Assembly (NCBI GenBank): GCA_965219455.1
Contig: OZ244744.1
Coordinates: forward strand, 832,001 to 896,000
Source: Candidatus Latescibacterota bacterium
GTDB taxonomy: Bacteria > Latescibacterota > UBA2968 > GCA-2709665
Direction: 5' to 3'
Length of the DNA stretch: 64,000 nt
The position numbers and the translations under genes are program-made. A model generated the notes under the pieces. It had not been told where the DNA came from and made no database searches. It saw only the letters and a list, made by a program, of their open reading frames with translations. The number at the start of each line of letters is the position of its first letter. Position 1 is the stretch's first letter. Shown here one piece after another: positions 48,751-58,856 of the stretch.

Positions 48751-49611
48751 TCAACCGCCGATTTCACCACGGGTTCCTCTATCTTTCGACACGGCACCTC
48801 GCGTCTCCAACCAGACTTCCGCGGCGTTCGCGAAGGGTCCCACGAGGAATAACGCATAGAACGGGGCGTAAACCTGTTCATAGAGACGCAATACTGCCTC
48901 CACTGCTGCCAATGAAAACGCAACCCCGCACTGTCCCCGCCTTGTCTTCACCGTTGTCTTTGGATCGGTAATCATAAAAAAAATAAACAGTTGATACATC
49001 GGCCCCGTAATGGGCGCGACGCCGGCCAGATACGCCTGCCCCGTCACAAGACTTCGAATAATCCCCAGGGCCAGGAACGATACCACGTACGTCAGGCAGA
49101 TATGCAACCGCTTCACCCGCCAGACCGCCATCCAGCCAAAGACCCAGATCACCAGCATAACCCAGACGGCGTTTCCCCATTGAATGCTCAGCCCCGCCGC
49201 CATTTCGGGCGCAAGGAAGAACATTGCGCACACGCCGAGATTGGAGGGATTCCAGAGATGCCGACCACGCCAACGGATCACGTACTTGGACAGAATTGAC
49301 ACCGCGCTGCAAAGCGCATACGGCCAGAGCCAGAGCGACCGGATCAGAATCCCCACGCTGATTCCGGTGATGTATCCGCTCACGAAATTTGGCTTGCGGC
49401 TCCCATCCAGCCGACCCAGCATCGCCTCAGCGCCAACTGCAACCGCGATGGCCAATGCTGTTTTTGACAGACCCTCAAGGATTCCAAACGAAATCTGACT
49501 GCCAATCAGTATGCACGTGATGAGCGCTGGCGGCAAGAATCGATGACCGGCGGTCGACCACCATGAACGTAATGAAAACCGGGGCGCGGCCAGATCCGTG
49601 TCCGTTGTCAA
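48751..49611 (-). CDS. RnfD/NqrB-like (UnbU-like) membrane protein
   Basis: SGYITG, SKYVIRWRGRHLWNPSN, FFMITDPKT; TTG start estimated from GGAGGT RBS. Confidence 0.7.
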   Translation of the reverse strand: MTTDTDLAAPRFSLRSWWSTAGHRFLPPALITCILIGSQISFGILEGLSKTALAIAVAVGAEAMLGRLDGSRKPNFVSGYITGISVGILIRSLWLWPYALCSAVSILSKYVIRWRGRHLWNPSNLGVCAMFFLAPEMAAGLSIQWGNAVWVMLVIWVFGWMAVWRVKRLHICLTYVVSFLALGIIRSLVTGQAYLAGVAPITGPMYQLFIFFMITDPKTTVKTRRGQCGVAFSLAAVEAVLRLYEQVYAPFYALFLVGPFANAAEVWLETRGAVSKDRGTRGEIGG

Positions 49612-49905
49612 CGTAACACCTCCGTTCGACGTGCCACCTGCGAGGGCTCGCGCTTCCAAATACGGAGAAAATTCCGGCGCGGGCAACCCAAAACGCCAGG
49701 CGCGAAGACCGGGCTGCTTTCGTCTTTCGCAAGAAAACCGATTCGCCTATCTTTCGGCCATCGTCGAAAACCCGAAGGTCAGGGACCGTGGACAGAATCG
49801 TCGGGTTCCCCTCCTGTACATATATACGCCCGGGGGAGGGATCCGGTTTCCTGGCATTGGCACGGGGGCGAAAAGAAACGGGAAAAACAAGTTCAACATC
49901 CACTG

Positions 49906-50050
49906 CTCCCCAAATTCCATGCCTCCGGCGGGTTCCTTTTGAAGCGACCAGCAGGTAGTGGTCAGCTAAGACCGGTCAGCGATCTGGCCTGCCGGTGGGA
50001 TTTGCCGCTGTCAGTGCCCATATGGGGGCAACTTTGAAAGTTGCCCCTAC
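49906..50050. repeat. Truncated copy of the 6005 repeat fused to REP-type element copy 3
   Basis: 49906-49950 matches 6005-6049; TCAGCT at 49962 and GGGCAACTTTGAAAGTTGCCCCTAC at 50026-50050. Confidence 0.75.
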
Positions 50051-50117
50051 AGAATCAAAAACGGCACGGGATGAATACCTCACACGGGCGCAATGCCTGA
50101 CGTGAAAGGAAACCTTA

Positions 50118-51236
50118 ATGCCAAAGGTCCTCTTGTTGGGAGGGTTCCAACCCGGCCAATCCCTCTGGAGCATTCAGCAGGGCTTTAAAAGCATCGGATA
50201 CGACGTTCTCTATCAGCCCACGCGCGGGTGTATTGAAGCCCAGCTTGAGGCGGATATCGCACTCGCAAAAGAGGAGGCCGACGTCATCCCTCCGCACGAA
50301 ACGTGGGATCTGAAATACAAGGACGCGGGGGCTTTCCAGGAAGGTCTGTTCAAAATCGTCATCGAACACGAACCGGAACTGCTCATCTGGTGGTTCAGCA
50401 AAGACGACCGGCCGCCCGGGCTCATCGCGGAACTGAGAGAGAGATTCCCCTGGTGCAAAACCGTCACCCACACCCAGGACGATCCGTGGGACATGCTCCG
50501 AAGCCCTCATTTCACTCGGGAATTCGAATACGCGGCCACGTGTTGCAAGGAAAGCGTGGATGCCTATGCCAAACGCGGTATAAAGGCCATCGTGCTCTAT
50601 CCACCTCCGTCGATGGAGCTGCATCGTATCGCAAGACCGGCACGGCACGAGCAGTGTGACTTCTCCATAACCGTCATGTCTCTCTACACCAAAGAAGGCG
50701 GCAGCCAGGAGGAATACCTGGAATCGGAAGACCTGGTCAAGCGGATTACGCACACGATCCCGTTTCCCGGACAGCGCGCTCTGAGGCAGGAAGTGGTCGC
50801 CACACTCACAGACCTGGGAAGGGTCCATGTCTACGGCGGCCTGGGATTCGGAACGTTCCAAGACCTGCCCCGGTATTCCTATCGCGGCTTTCGGAGCTAC
50901 ATGGAGCTTCCCGGGGTATACATGGCTTCGAAGATCAATATCAACCAGCACAATTCGCCCGACGCGTACGGTTATCTGAACCAGCGGGACACCGCCATTA
51001 CCGGCAGCGGCGGATTCATGCTAACCGATCACGTAGAAGGCATTGAGGAAATCTTCGACATTGGCTCAGAAATCGACACGTGGACCACCCTGGAAGAACT
51101 TCGGCAAAAGGCCCAGTGGTGGCTGGCACACGACACGCAGCGGAAACACGCCGCGGCACGCGCGCAGGACCGCATCCTCAAGGAGTATGGAAACGTTGCA
51201 TATGCCCGGAAGCTCACGGAATTTATCAAAGCATAA
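50118..51236 (+). CDS. CgeB-like glycosyltransferase (GT-B)
   Basis: QDDPW, YMASKININQH, LNQRD..ITGSGGFMLTD, IEEIFDIGSEI. Confidence 0.75.
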   Translation: MPKVLLLGGFQPGQSLWSIQQGFKSIGYDVLYQPTRGCIEAQLEADIALAKEEADVIPPHETWDLKYKDAGAFQEGLFKIVIEHEPELLIWWFSKDDRPPGLIAELRERFPWCKTVTHTQDDPWDMLRSPHFTREFEYAATCCKESVDAYAKRGIKAIVLYPPPSMELHRIARPARHEQCDFSITVMSLYTKEGGSQEEYLESEDLVKRITHTIPFPGQRALRQEVVATLTDLGRVHVYGGLGFGTFQDLPRYSYRGFRSYMELPGVYMASKININQHNSPDAYGYLNQRDTAITGSGGFMLTDHVEGIEEIFDIGSEIDTWTTLEELRQKAQWWLAHDTQRKHAAARAQDRILKEYGNVAYARKLTEFIKA

Positions 51237-51274
51237 AAATCGTCATCAACACCTGTGCGGCGGGCACCAAATGG

Positions 51275-51311
51275 AAAAACGCCTCCGGATGTGATTGTCC
51301 GGAGGCGTTTG
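51275..51311. terminator. Bidirectional terminator
   Basis: AAAAACGCCTCCGGA-TGTGATTG-TCCGGAGGCGTTTG. Confidence 0.8.
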
Positions 51312-51331
51312 TGGTTCCGCCGGCATTCCGC

Positions 51332-52201
51332 CTAACCCGGCACGGTTTCACCCAGAATACGCAGCGCGTTCCGATGCGTAATCTTGTCATACGCGTCCCG
51401 GGGCAACGACAGGCCCTGGAAGAAATCCATCAGCGCCGTGTCGAAATAGTCCCGCCCCCACAGCAGTTTATCCTGAAACTCGACGAGGAATTTCTTTCCG
51501 ATCTCAGGTTCCCGCTTGAGGGCGTTCAGCGCCGAACCCGCCGAGAGGTCCGCCCACAGATTGTCGTACTGACGCATCAGATTCCACAATTTTCCCCCCG
51601 GAAGTACCGGCGCCCGAGGATATGACTCTTTGTCGTAGAGATCGTCTCCCGAGATATGTGCCCAGAACCCCGGCGCGTGACCGATGAACGTCGTTTCAGG
51701 GCAGGCCACAATCGCCCGCTCGAAAGCCTCGATACTCCCGCCGTACCAGTAGTTCGGCCTGGGATAGTTCCCGCGGCCATGATTGATGGGATAGTCGAGA
51801 TGGATCGTAATGGGCAGTTTCATTTCCGCGCAGGCGTTATAGAGTTGAATCGCATCCGGATCGTCGAACAGAACGCGCACCTTCATCTCACTGGCAACCT
51901 GGATGCCATGTATCTCGTGAGCCGCCCGCAGGCGGTCTGCCGCGTCGGGCCTTTTGGGGTGTGGAAAATAGCCCAGCACGAAGCGGTCGCGCGCATCCCT
52001 TCCCACCTGCAACACATCTTCGAGCGGAATGCCCACACCACCGGGAGGCAGGGCCTTGTGATAGGACGGATTATATTCGTCTTCCGGCACCTCCCAGGTA
52101 AACAACCACATTCTGTCGATGCCCTGCTCATCCATGTTATTCAGGATTCTCTTTGCATCGTAACCGTGCCAATTCGGATGGTTGTGGGCGTCGATCAGCA
52201 T
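51332..52201 (-). CDS. Amidohydrolase-family (Amidohydro_2) metalloenzyme
   Basis: IDAHNH, PITIH, FIGHAPG, ADLSA, LLWGRD. Confidence 0.85.
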   Translation of the reverse strand: MLIDAHNHPNWHGYDAKRILNNMDEQGIDRMWLFTWEVPEDEYNPSYHKALPPGGVGIPLEDVLQVGRDARDRFVLGYFPHPKRPDAADRLRAAHEIHGIQVASEMKVRVLFDDPDAIQLYNACAEMKLPITIHLDYPINHGRGNYPRPNYWYGGSIEAFERAIVACPETTFIGHAPGFWAHISGDDLYDKESYPRAPVLPGGKLWNLMRQYDNLWADLSAGSALNALKREPEIGKKFLVEFQDKLLWGRDYFDTALMDFFQGLSLPRDAYDKITHRNALRILGETVPG

Positions 52202-52487
52202 TTCAATCTACCTCCTGAGAAAGATCTCACACAAAGTCACGAAGACGCGAGAACACGAGGAAATCAGAACGTCCGGCGGCTTCATCGGAAGGCCATCAAA
52301 TTCAGAGACCACGAATCCCCGGCCATTTGGGAGCGTCCCGGAGACTCTGCGGTGGGAAGGTATTTTTCGGTTGCGGCAGGGTCTTTCTACAGCGCGAACA
52401 AACGACTTGACAAATCAACCGAACCGGGTAATATGGAACGGGTAACCAGGCCTTCTACACACACGGCCGCCGCAATAAATCACGTGT

Positions 52488-53720
52488 ATGACTGAAAGGA
52501 ATGGTATGGTCACACAAACCAACGGCAGACGGGTGAACCTCGCCATTGTAGGCTGCGGCGGCATCGCCGGAGCGCATCTCAGGGGTTACGCCGAACTCAT
52601 GGAAAAAAACGAAACGCGCTTCCGCATTGTCGCTACCGTAGACGACATTCCGGAACGCGCCAGAGACATGGCGGACCGGATTGAGAGCCACACAGATCAG
52701 CCGGTTAACGCCTACCGGACCGTGGAGGAATTGCTCAACGGCGAGAAACATCTGGATGGCGCCGACATCTGCGGGCCCCACGGCCTGCATCACCTCCTGG
52801 CCTGTGAGCTTCTTGCCGGCGGCGTGAATATCCTCTGCGAGAAGCCCATCGGCATCACCGTGAAAGCCACGAAAAAAATAATCGCCGCCGCAAAAAAACA
52901 CAAACGCATTGCCGCAACGGCCGAACAATGCCGCCGTAGCGTCGGCCAGCGCGCCATCCACTGGGCGCTTAACGCGGGTGGGCTGCTGGGGAAACCCCGA
53001 TTCTGGCTGGCAGCCAGCGCCTCGTGGCAGGACCCGAAAAATATCCCGGCCTGGCACTGGCGGGTTGACCGCCACCTGGGGGGATGCGGCATGCTGATGG
53101 ACAGCGGCGCCCATTGGGTGGACACCATGCGCTACTGGTTCGGTGAAGTCCACAGCGTGTACGCCCGCGTGGAACAAATCGAAAAACGCCCACACAGGAA
53201 GGGGCGAAGGATCGTCAACGACACGCGAGAAGACTTCTGGACCAGTATTTTCAACTTCAAGAACGGCGTTATCGGAACCTGGTCATGGACCAACAGCGCC
53301 CCGGGAAAAGGATTTCTGCAACTCAGCCTGACGGGCAGCAGGGGCACCATTGTGGAATACGATATCTTCCATCCTGCGGAAAGCACCCATCGCGGCGAGT
53401 GCCAGCTCCTGGATGGCGTTACCTACAGCATGGAACGAGTTGTGGATATGTTTCGGAAAAGCCTGAGCAAAGACGAGAACGAACGTCTGTTTCCCTACGG
53501 CATCACCGGCGGCATGCCCCTGGAACTCTGGGATTTCATCGACGCGATAAGCACAGGGCGCAACGTGGAAATCGATGCCGAGGAAGGCCTGCGCAGCAAG
53601 GCCTTAGGCGAAGCGCTGTATGAATCGGGAAATTCTGGCGAAGTCGTCAAGGTCAACGACGTGCTCAGCGGGAAAATCAGCGCCTATCAGAGCGACATCG
53701 ACGATTACTGGAAACTGTAA
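52488..53720 (+). CDS. Gfo/Idh/MocA-family oxidoreductase
   Basis: GCGGIA, PHGLH, CEKP, GCGMLMDSGAHWVD; TTGACA box at 52407. Confidence 0.9.
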   Translation: MTERNGMVTQTNGRRVNLAIVGCGGIAGAHLRGYAELMEKNETRFRIVATVDDIPERARDMADRIESHTDQPVNAYRTVEELLNGEKHLDGADICGPHGLHHLLACELLAGGVNILCEKPIGITVKATKKIIAAAKKHKRIAATAEQCRRSVGQRAIHWALNAGGLLGKPRFWLAASASWQDPKNIPAWHWRVDRHLGGCGMLMDSGAHWVDTMRYWFGEVHSVYARVEQIEKRPHRKGRRIVNDTREDFWTSIFNFKNGVIGTWSWTNSAPGKGFLQLSLTGSRGTIVEYDIFHPAESTHRGECQLLDGVTYSMERVVDMFRKSLSKDENERLFPYGITGGMPLELWDFIDAISTGRNVEIDAEEGLRSKALGEALYESGNSGEVVKVNDVLSGKISAYQSDIDDYWKL

Positions 53721-53796
53721 AGCGCCGCGCCGTACCCGGGTATGGTTGGCAAACCACCGCCTTCAAACTGAATCCGGGAACAGCGCGGCGCTTACA

Positions 53797-55644
53797 CTAC
53801 GACCTCTGAAGTGCGGCCTGCTCGGCCGAGAGGGTCCGCAGCAAGTGATCGGTATCCTGTTGAAATCGTTCCAGCGGCTCCTGGATCTGGTGCCGGAATT
53901 CCTCACAGGTTGCCTGATAGTACTCCTGGGCGGCCCCCCGGAGCACCTTGGCGTGATGCTGAAGGGTCCTCTGGTCGTCCTGAAAGTGCTCGAAGCGATG
54001 GTGCACCGATCTCATGAGCCGGCTGGCGTACGCGCCCATGTTCTTCCGGTAGGCCGCGCGATAGCCATTCCTGAAATGCTCCAGATGTTCGGACGCCTCG
54101 TCAAGAAACGTCTTCACCTCGTCTACCTGCAACGCGCGTTGCGTGGTCAGTATCAGGTGATGCCCCTGCACGGCCAGACGCACCCCGTCCGGCAGACTGG
54201 CGGGATGTTTAATGAGCACTTGTGACAGAAACTTCCAGTAGTGCCACCGGTAATTCCGGCCCCAGATGCCCTGGCGCCAGATCGACCTGAAAACCGCCTT
54301 GACCTCGAGCATCCGAATAGATCCTCTGGAAATCGGATTACGCCCCCGGTGATTCAGGAATGTGAGGCATCGTTCGAAAAACATCTCCGGGCTGTTTAAT
54401 ATTTCAACCGTCTTCCGATGCCGTTCCAGCAACGTATCCGGATCGATCAGCGGGACGTAGCTCAGTTCACGGCTGAAAATTCCCGAATCTCCGGTGTACT
54501 TCGCACCCTCCACCAACCGCCCCTGCCTGCTGAACCGCTTGTAGTCGGGCGTATCCCGCAACACACCCAGAATACCCACCATAGCTACCGGAATGCCCGC
54601 CTCCCTGATGAAGGCGATGGTCCGTTCGGCGATATCGTCGGGGTCGGTGTCCAGGCCGATAATGAATCCCGCCTGCACTTCGAACCCGGTTTTCTGGAGA
54701 ATTTTGACCTTGTCCATCAACGAGGTGTTGCCCTGCAGATTCTTCTGGGCACCCATGAATTTCAGGCTCTCTTCAACCGGTGACTCAATTCCGGCGAACA
54801 CTTTGTCGAACCCCGCGTGATACATGGCGTCGAGCAATTCCGGATCGTCGCTCACGCGGATGCTGGCCTGGGTATGGAACTGGAACGGATACCCGCGCTC
54901 CTGCTGCCACGGCACGACCTCATCGGTCAGGGCGTGCCGAATGGCATCCCGGTTACCCACGAAATTATCGTCGACCGCCATCACGGCACCACGCCACCCC
55001 ACATTGTAGAGCGCGTCCAGTTCCTCGACCATTCTGCTCTTGCTCTTAAGGCGCGTTGTTTTTCCATATAACGAAGGAATATTGCAGAATGTGCAGCTTT
55101 CGGGGCACCCGCGCGTGACCTGGAATACCATATTGCTATAGTCTTCGAAATTGACGAGGGACCAGCGCGGGAGCGGTGTTGCCGCCAGATCCTGAAATTT
55201 GCCGCGACGATCCACGTATTCCCGTTCAACCTCTCCTGTACCGGAAGCGAGTCGATCTACAATATCCAAAAACCCGTTTTCGGCCTCGCCCAGATAAAAT
55301 ATCGCATCCCCCTCGATCTCTTCGTAGTATTGAGTGGGCAGAGGGCCTCCGTTCAATACCGGCACGCCCATCCGGTTGCAGCGTGCAATCACGTCTTCCA
55401 AAGAGTGCCAATGTATGATCATCGACGACGTTATGACAATATCGGCCCACTCAAGCTCCTCGTCGATCAGCGGGCGCGCATTCATGTCGACCATCCGCAT
55501 TTTGTAGGAATCGGGCATCATTCCCGCAATGGTCAGGAGACCCAGTGGCGGAAATGCGACTTTCCTGTCGACCATTTTGAGTGCTTCCTCAAAACTCCAG
55601 AACGTAACCGGATTCTGGGGACTGACCAGCAACGCATTCGGCAT
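53797..55644 (-). CDS. B12-binding radical SAM protein with DUF4070-like C-terminal region
   Basis: PPLGLLTIA, GGP, GEAE, RGCPESCTFC (CxxxCxxC), DDNF, GIES, FIIGLDTD. Confidence 0.9.
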   Translation of the reverse strand: MPNALLVSPQNPVTFWSFEEALKMVDRKVAFPPLGLLTIAGMMPDSYKMRMVDMNARPLIDEELEWADIVITSSMIIHWHSLEDVIARCNRMGVPVLNGGPLPTQYYEEIEGDAIFYLGEAENGFLDIVDRLASGTGEVEREYVDRRGKFQDLAATPLPRWSLVNFEDYSNMVFQVTRGCPESCTFCNIPSLYGKTTRLKSKSRMVEELDALYNVGWRGAVMAVDDNFVGNRDAIRHALTDEVVPWQQERGYPFQFHTQASIRVSDDPELLDAMYHAGFDKVFAGIESPVEESLKFMGAQKNLQGNTSLMDKVKILQKTGFEVQAGFIIGLDTDPDDIAERTIAFIREAGIPVAMVGILGVLRDTPDYKRFSRQGRLVEGAKYTGDSGIFSRELSYVPLIDPDTLLERHRKTVEILNSPEMFFERCLTFLNHRGRNPISRGSIRMLEVKAVFRSIWRQGIWGRNYRWHYWKFLSQVLIKHPASLPDGVRLAVQGHHLILTTQRALQVDEVKTFLDEASEHLEHFRNGYRAAYRKNMGAYASRLMRSVHHRFEHFQDDQRTLQHHAKVLRGAAQEYYQATCEEFRHQIQEPLERFQQDTDHLLRTLSAEQAALQRS

Positions 55645-55897
55645 GTAGCAACCCTTTCCAAGTTCACATAAAAAGACCGCCCATTCGGGAATGGCCACAC
55701 GACCATAGCAGGTCGTCTACCCATCCTGACGTGCCGACGCCCGACCGGAGTGGGCATCAAACACTTCTGGTTATAATATAATGTTTTTTAGGATTCACGC
55801 CACAGTAAAAATGACCGGCGCCGCCGCCCCTCTATCCGCCAGCGCCGGGCTTCGATCGGACGGGCCTCCATCCGCCGCCCGGACTTCCAGATTACCC

Positions 55898-55925
55898 TTG
55901 ACAGAGCGTCTGAAAACGCTATAAC
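55898..55925 (+). promoter_or_regulatory. Promoter of the Fe/2OG gene pair
   Basis: TTGACA-16 nt-TATAAC. Confidence 0.6.
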
Positions 55926-55990
55926 ATACCCGAGAGATCTGAATCTCGGATCCGCCGGATTCATCCGTTCACAAACCGCGGGAGCATGCC

Positions 55991-56728
55991 TTGAGTCTGA
56001 CCGAAGAGGATCTCTGGTACTTCAACCTCACCGGCTTCCACATGGTGCCGGAAACGCTGCCTGGCGATCTGGTCGAACGCCTGAATGCCGTGACCGACCA
56101 GCAGATCATCGGGATGATCGAGCCGGTCGTTTGGGAGAAAACCGGCTCCCGCGAACCGGAAGACGTGCGACGGCTCTCGAAAATTCTCTCTCGCGACCGC
56201 ACGTACATGGAAGCTGCCGTCCATCCTCTTGTTCTGGATCCACTGACATCCGTCCTCGGGCCCAATATCGAATTACTCACGAACAAACACAATCACATCA
56301 TGGTGCGGCCGCCAGGGTCCGAACACGTTTACTGGCACAGCGGGGAAGAACCCTACCATCCCACGCTGGTCACCGCCCTCATCTACCTCGAGGAATCCAC
56401 TCTGGAGAACGGCTGCGTCCGAATCGTGCCCGGCAGTCATCGGCGCCCCTTCCAGCGCCAGCGGCGTCCGAACGAGGGATTCGAATCGTGCGATCTCTAT
56501 CACAAATCCCTTCCGGTTCCAATGCCGCGGGGCGGTGTGCTGCTCTTCAATGACTGCTGTTTCCACGGTGCGGGCGTCAACGGCGCCGACACTTCCCGCA
56601 GAAGCATGACCCTGGCCTACCAGGCGCACGACCCGCATGACGTGGTAAAGGACGACCCGGAAAAAATACTCGCGGCCGGAGAGCGAATCTACATCGGGCA
56701 CCCCCACCCGTTCCCGCAAATCTCATAA
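55991..56728 (+). CDS. PhyH-family Fe(II)/2-oxoglutarate enzyme with HxG motif (putative halogenase)
   Basis: WHSG at the HxD position, IYLEESTLENGCVRIVPGSH, distal FHG..N, RRS; TTG start after GGGAG. Confidence 0.85.
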   Translation: MSLTEEDLWYFNLTGFHMVPETLPGDLVERLNAVTDQQIIGMIEPVVWEKTGSREPEDVRRLSKILSRDRTYMEAAVHPLVLDPLTSVLGPNIELLTNKHNHIMVRPPGSEHVYWHSGEEPYHPTLVTALIYLEESTLENGCVRIVPGSHRRPFQRQRRPNEGFESCDLYHKSLPVPMPRGGVLLFNDCCFHGAGVNGADTSRRSMTLAYQAHDPHDVVKDDPEKILAAGERIYIGHPHPFPQIS

Positions 56729-56736
56729 CTGGATCA

Positions 56737-57453
56737 TTGTCAATGCCCCTCTCGCCAGAACAGGTACACCTGTTTCGCCACAACGGCTTCCTGAAACTGC
56801 CGGATCGCATATCCGAAAAGACCATCGAGAGGCTCCGACGGGCTATTCTGGCGGATATCGAGGCGGAGGTCGAACCCGTGGTGAGGAACAAAGACGGGCG
56901 GGTTGTCAGGATCTCGGATCTGGTGGACCGAGATCCGATTTTCCTTGAGACAGCGTCCAGTTCCGTTGTGCTCGACCCGCTGGAGTGCCTGATGGGGCCC
57001 AATATTGAACTTGTCAAGAACCGGCACAACCACGCAACCATGAACACGTCGGTGGAAACTCGGCCGGACGGATTGCACCGCGACGTAAGACAATGGTCCC
57101 GGACGATCTTTACGGTAATCTTCTACCTGGAAGAGACGACGGCCGAAAACGGCGCCACTCTTCTCGTGCCTGGCTCTCACCATTTTCCCGGTAACGAAGG
57201 TCGCCTTTACGGACAAGGGTGGACCCAATCCATACTCGCGCAGTCGGTGGTCGCGCCCATGCCCGCCGGCGGCATGCTTGTAATCGACAGCATGATTGTG
57301 CACGGCATCGGTCAGAACCGTACAGACGGCACCCGCATGAGCATGACCATCGGATACCACAGTGTGGATGAACTTTCCGATGTTCCAAACCCCAAACGCA
57401 TTCGGGTCCGCGGCGATACCGTTTATGACGGAAACGACACCCGAAGAACCTGA
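56737..57453 (+). CDS. PhyH-family Fe(II)/2-oxoglutarate dioxygenase (canonical HxD)
   Basis: LHRD, YLEETTAENGATLLVPGSH, VHGIGQN..TRMS. Confidence 0.88.
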   Translation: MSMPLSPEQVHLFRHNGFLKLPDRISEKTIERLRRAILADIEAEVEPVVRNKDGRVVRISDLVDRDPIFLETASSSVVLDPLECLMGPNIELVKNRHNHATMNTSVETRPDGLHRDVRQWSRTIFTVIFYLEETTAENGATLLVPGSHHFPGNEGRLYGQGWTQSILAQSVVAPMPAGGMLVIDSMIVHGIGQNRTDGTRMSMTIGYHSVDELSDVPNPKRIRVRGDTVYDGNDTRRT

Positions 57454-57538
57454 TTGAACGGTCCTCCACACCTCGAAGCGCCCCGTCGATCCGTCGACCT
57501 GGAGGGTGCGCGGGACACGGGAACCGCAGGAGCGAAAC

Positions 57539-58222
57539 ATGGACGGCATCCACGATATGGGCGGGATGCACGGATTCGGCCCTATCGTACGCGAAGAAAA
57601 CGAACCGTTATTTCACCATAGGTGGGAAAAGCGCGTGCTGGGCATCGCCGTAGCCACACCAGTACCTGTCCCCGGAGGTTCACGCAACAATATTGAGAAC
57701 ATGGATCCGGCCCATTACCTATCTTCCTCCTACTATGAAAAGTGGCTGCATTCCAGGATCAAAGGCCTGATCGATGCCGGCGTGCTGACGGCAGACGAGT
57801 TGGAGACGAGAATGTCGCTATTCCAAAACAGGCCGAACGCCGAGGCTCCGGTCCACCCCGACCCGGATGCCGTCCGGGAAGAACTCGCAAGTCGAAGACC
57901 CGTTTCATCGCCCGGACCGCAGGCGGATATCCAGCCACAATTTCAAAAGGGCGACCGCGTAAGGGCGCGCAACATCTACCCCGAAGGACACACCCGACTT
58001 CCCCGATACGTCCGGGGCAAAGCCGGTACCGTCGTCCGATTTTACGGAATTCACAACCTCCAGGATACCGTAATGCCCAACGGATGCGTCCACCGCAAGC
58101 AGCCCCTGTACCCCGTCAGGTTCGACGCCGGCGAACTGTGGGGCGAGTCGGCAGAAGCCGAAAACGCCGTCTACCTGGACATGTGGGAAGGTTACCTGGC
58201 AACGGCGCAATCACAATCATAA
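57539..58222 (+). CDS. nthB: Nitrile hydratase beta subunit
   Basis: MDGIHDMGGMHGFG, YLSSSYYEKW, GHTRLPRYVRGK, ELWG, DMWEGYL. Confidence 0.95.
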   Translation: MDGIHDMGGMHGFGPIVREENEPLFHHRWEKRVLGIAVATPVPVPGGSRNNIENMDPAHYLSSSYYEKWLHSRIKGLIDAGVLTADELETRMSLFQNRPNAEAPVHPDPDAVREELASRRPVSSPGPQADIQPQFQKGDRVRARNIYPEGHTRLPRYVRGKAGTVVRFYGIHNLQDTVMPNGCVHRKQPLYPVRFDAGELWGESAEAENAVYLDMWEGYLATAQSQS

Positions 58223-58240
58223 TAGTGGGGAGTCGCTTCC

Positions 58241-58849
58241 ATGAGCAGGCATTCAGACGCAGGCCAGGCCGAGTCCGACGCGGCCCTTCGCACCCGGGCG
58301 CTTGAATCGCTCCTGGTTGAAAAAGGATTGCTGACGACCGGCATCATAGACAGAGTCGTGGACAGGTACGAGAAAGACGTGGGACCGCTCAACGGCGCCA
58401 GGGTGGTTGCCCGCGCATGGACGGACCCCGACTACAAGCGCAGACTGCTGGAGAACGGCACCGCGGCGATAGCCGAACTGGGTTTCATCGGCAAGGAGGG
58501 CGCCGAGATCGTCGTCCTGGAAAACACGTCAAGAGTCCACAACGTCATCGTCTGCACCCTCTGTTCCTGTTACCCCTGGCCGGTACTCGGCCTGCCGCCC
58601 GGCTGGTACAAATCCTACGCTTACCGCTCGCGACTTGTCCGGGAACCCCGAGCCGTGCTTCGGGAATTCGACCTTCATCTGCCGGATTCCGTAGAGGCCC
58701 GTGTCTGGGACAGCAATTCGGATCTCCGCTATATGGTCCTGCCGGAACGGCCTGCCGGAACGGAAGACTATACCGAAGACGACCTTATCCCGCTGGTCAC
58801 ACGCGACGCGATGATCGGCGTGGCCAACATAGAATCCCCCACAACGTGA
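58241..58849 (+). CDS. nthA: Nitrile hydratase alpha subunit, cobalt type
   Basis: [10 protein letters not shown] (Thr/Tyr, Co-type), [17 protein letters not shown]. Confidence 0.96.
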   Translation: MSRHSDAGQAESDAALRTRALESLLVEKGLLTTGIIDRVVDRYEKDVGPLNGARVVARAWTDPDYKRRLLENGTAAIAELGFIGKEGAEIVVLENTSRVHNVIVCTLCSCYPWPVLGLPPGWYKSYAYRSRLVREPRAVLREFDLHLPDSVEARVWDSNSDLRYMVLPERPAGTEDYTEDDLIPLVTRDAMIGVANIESPTT

Positions 58850-58856
58850 GACCAGG

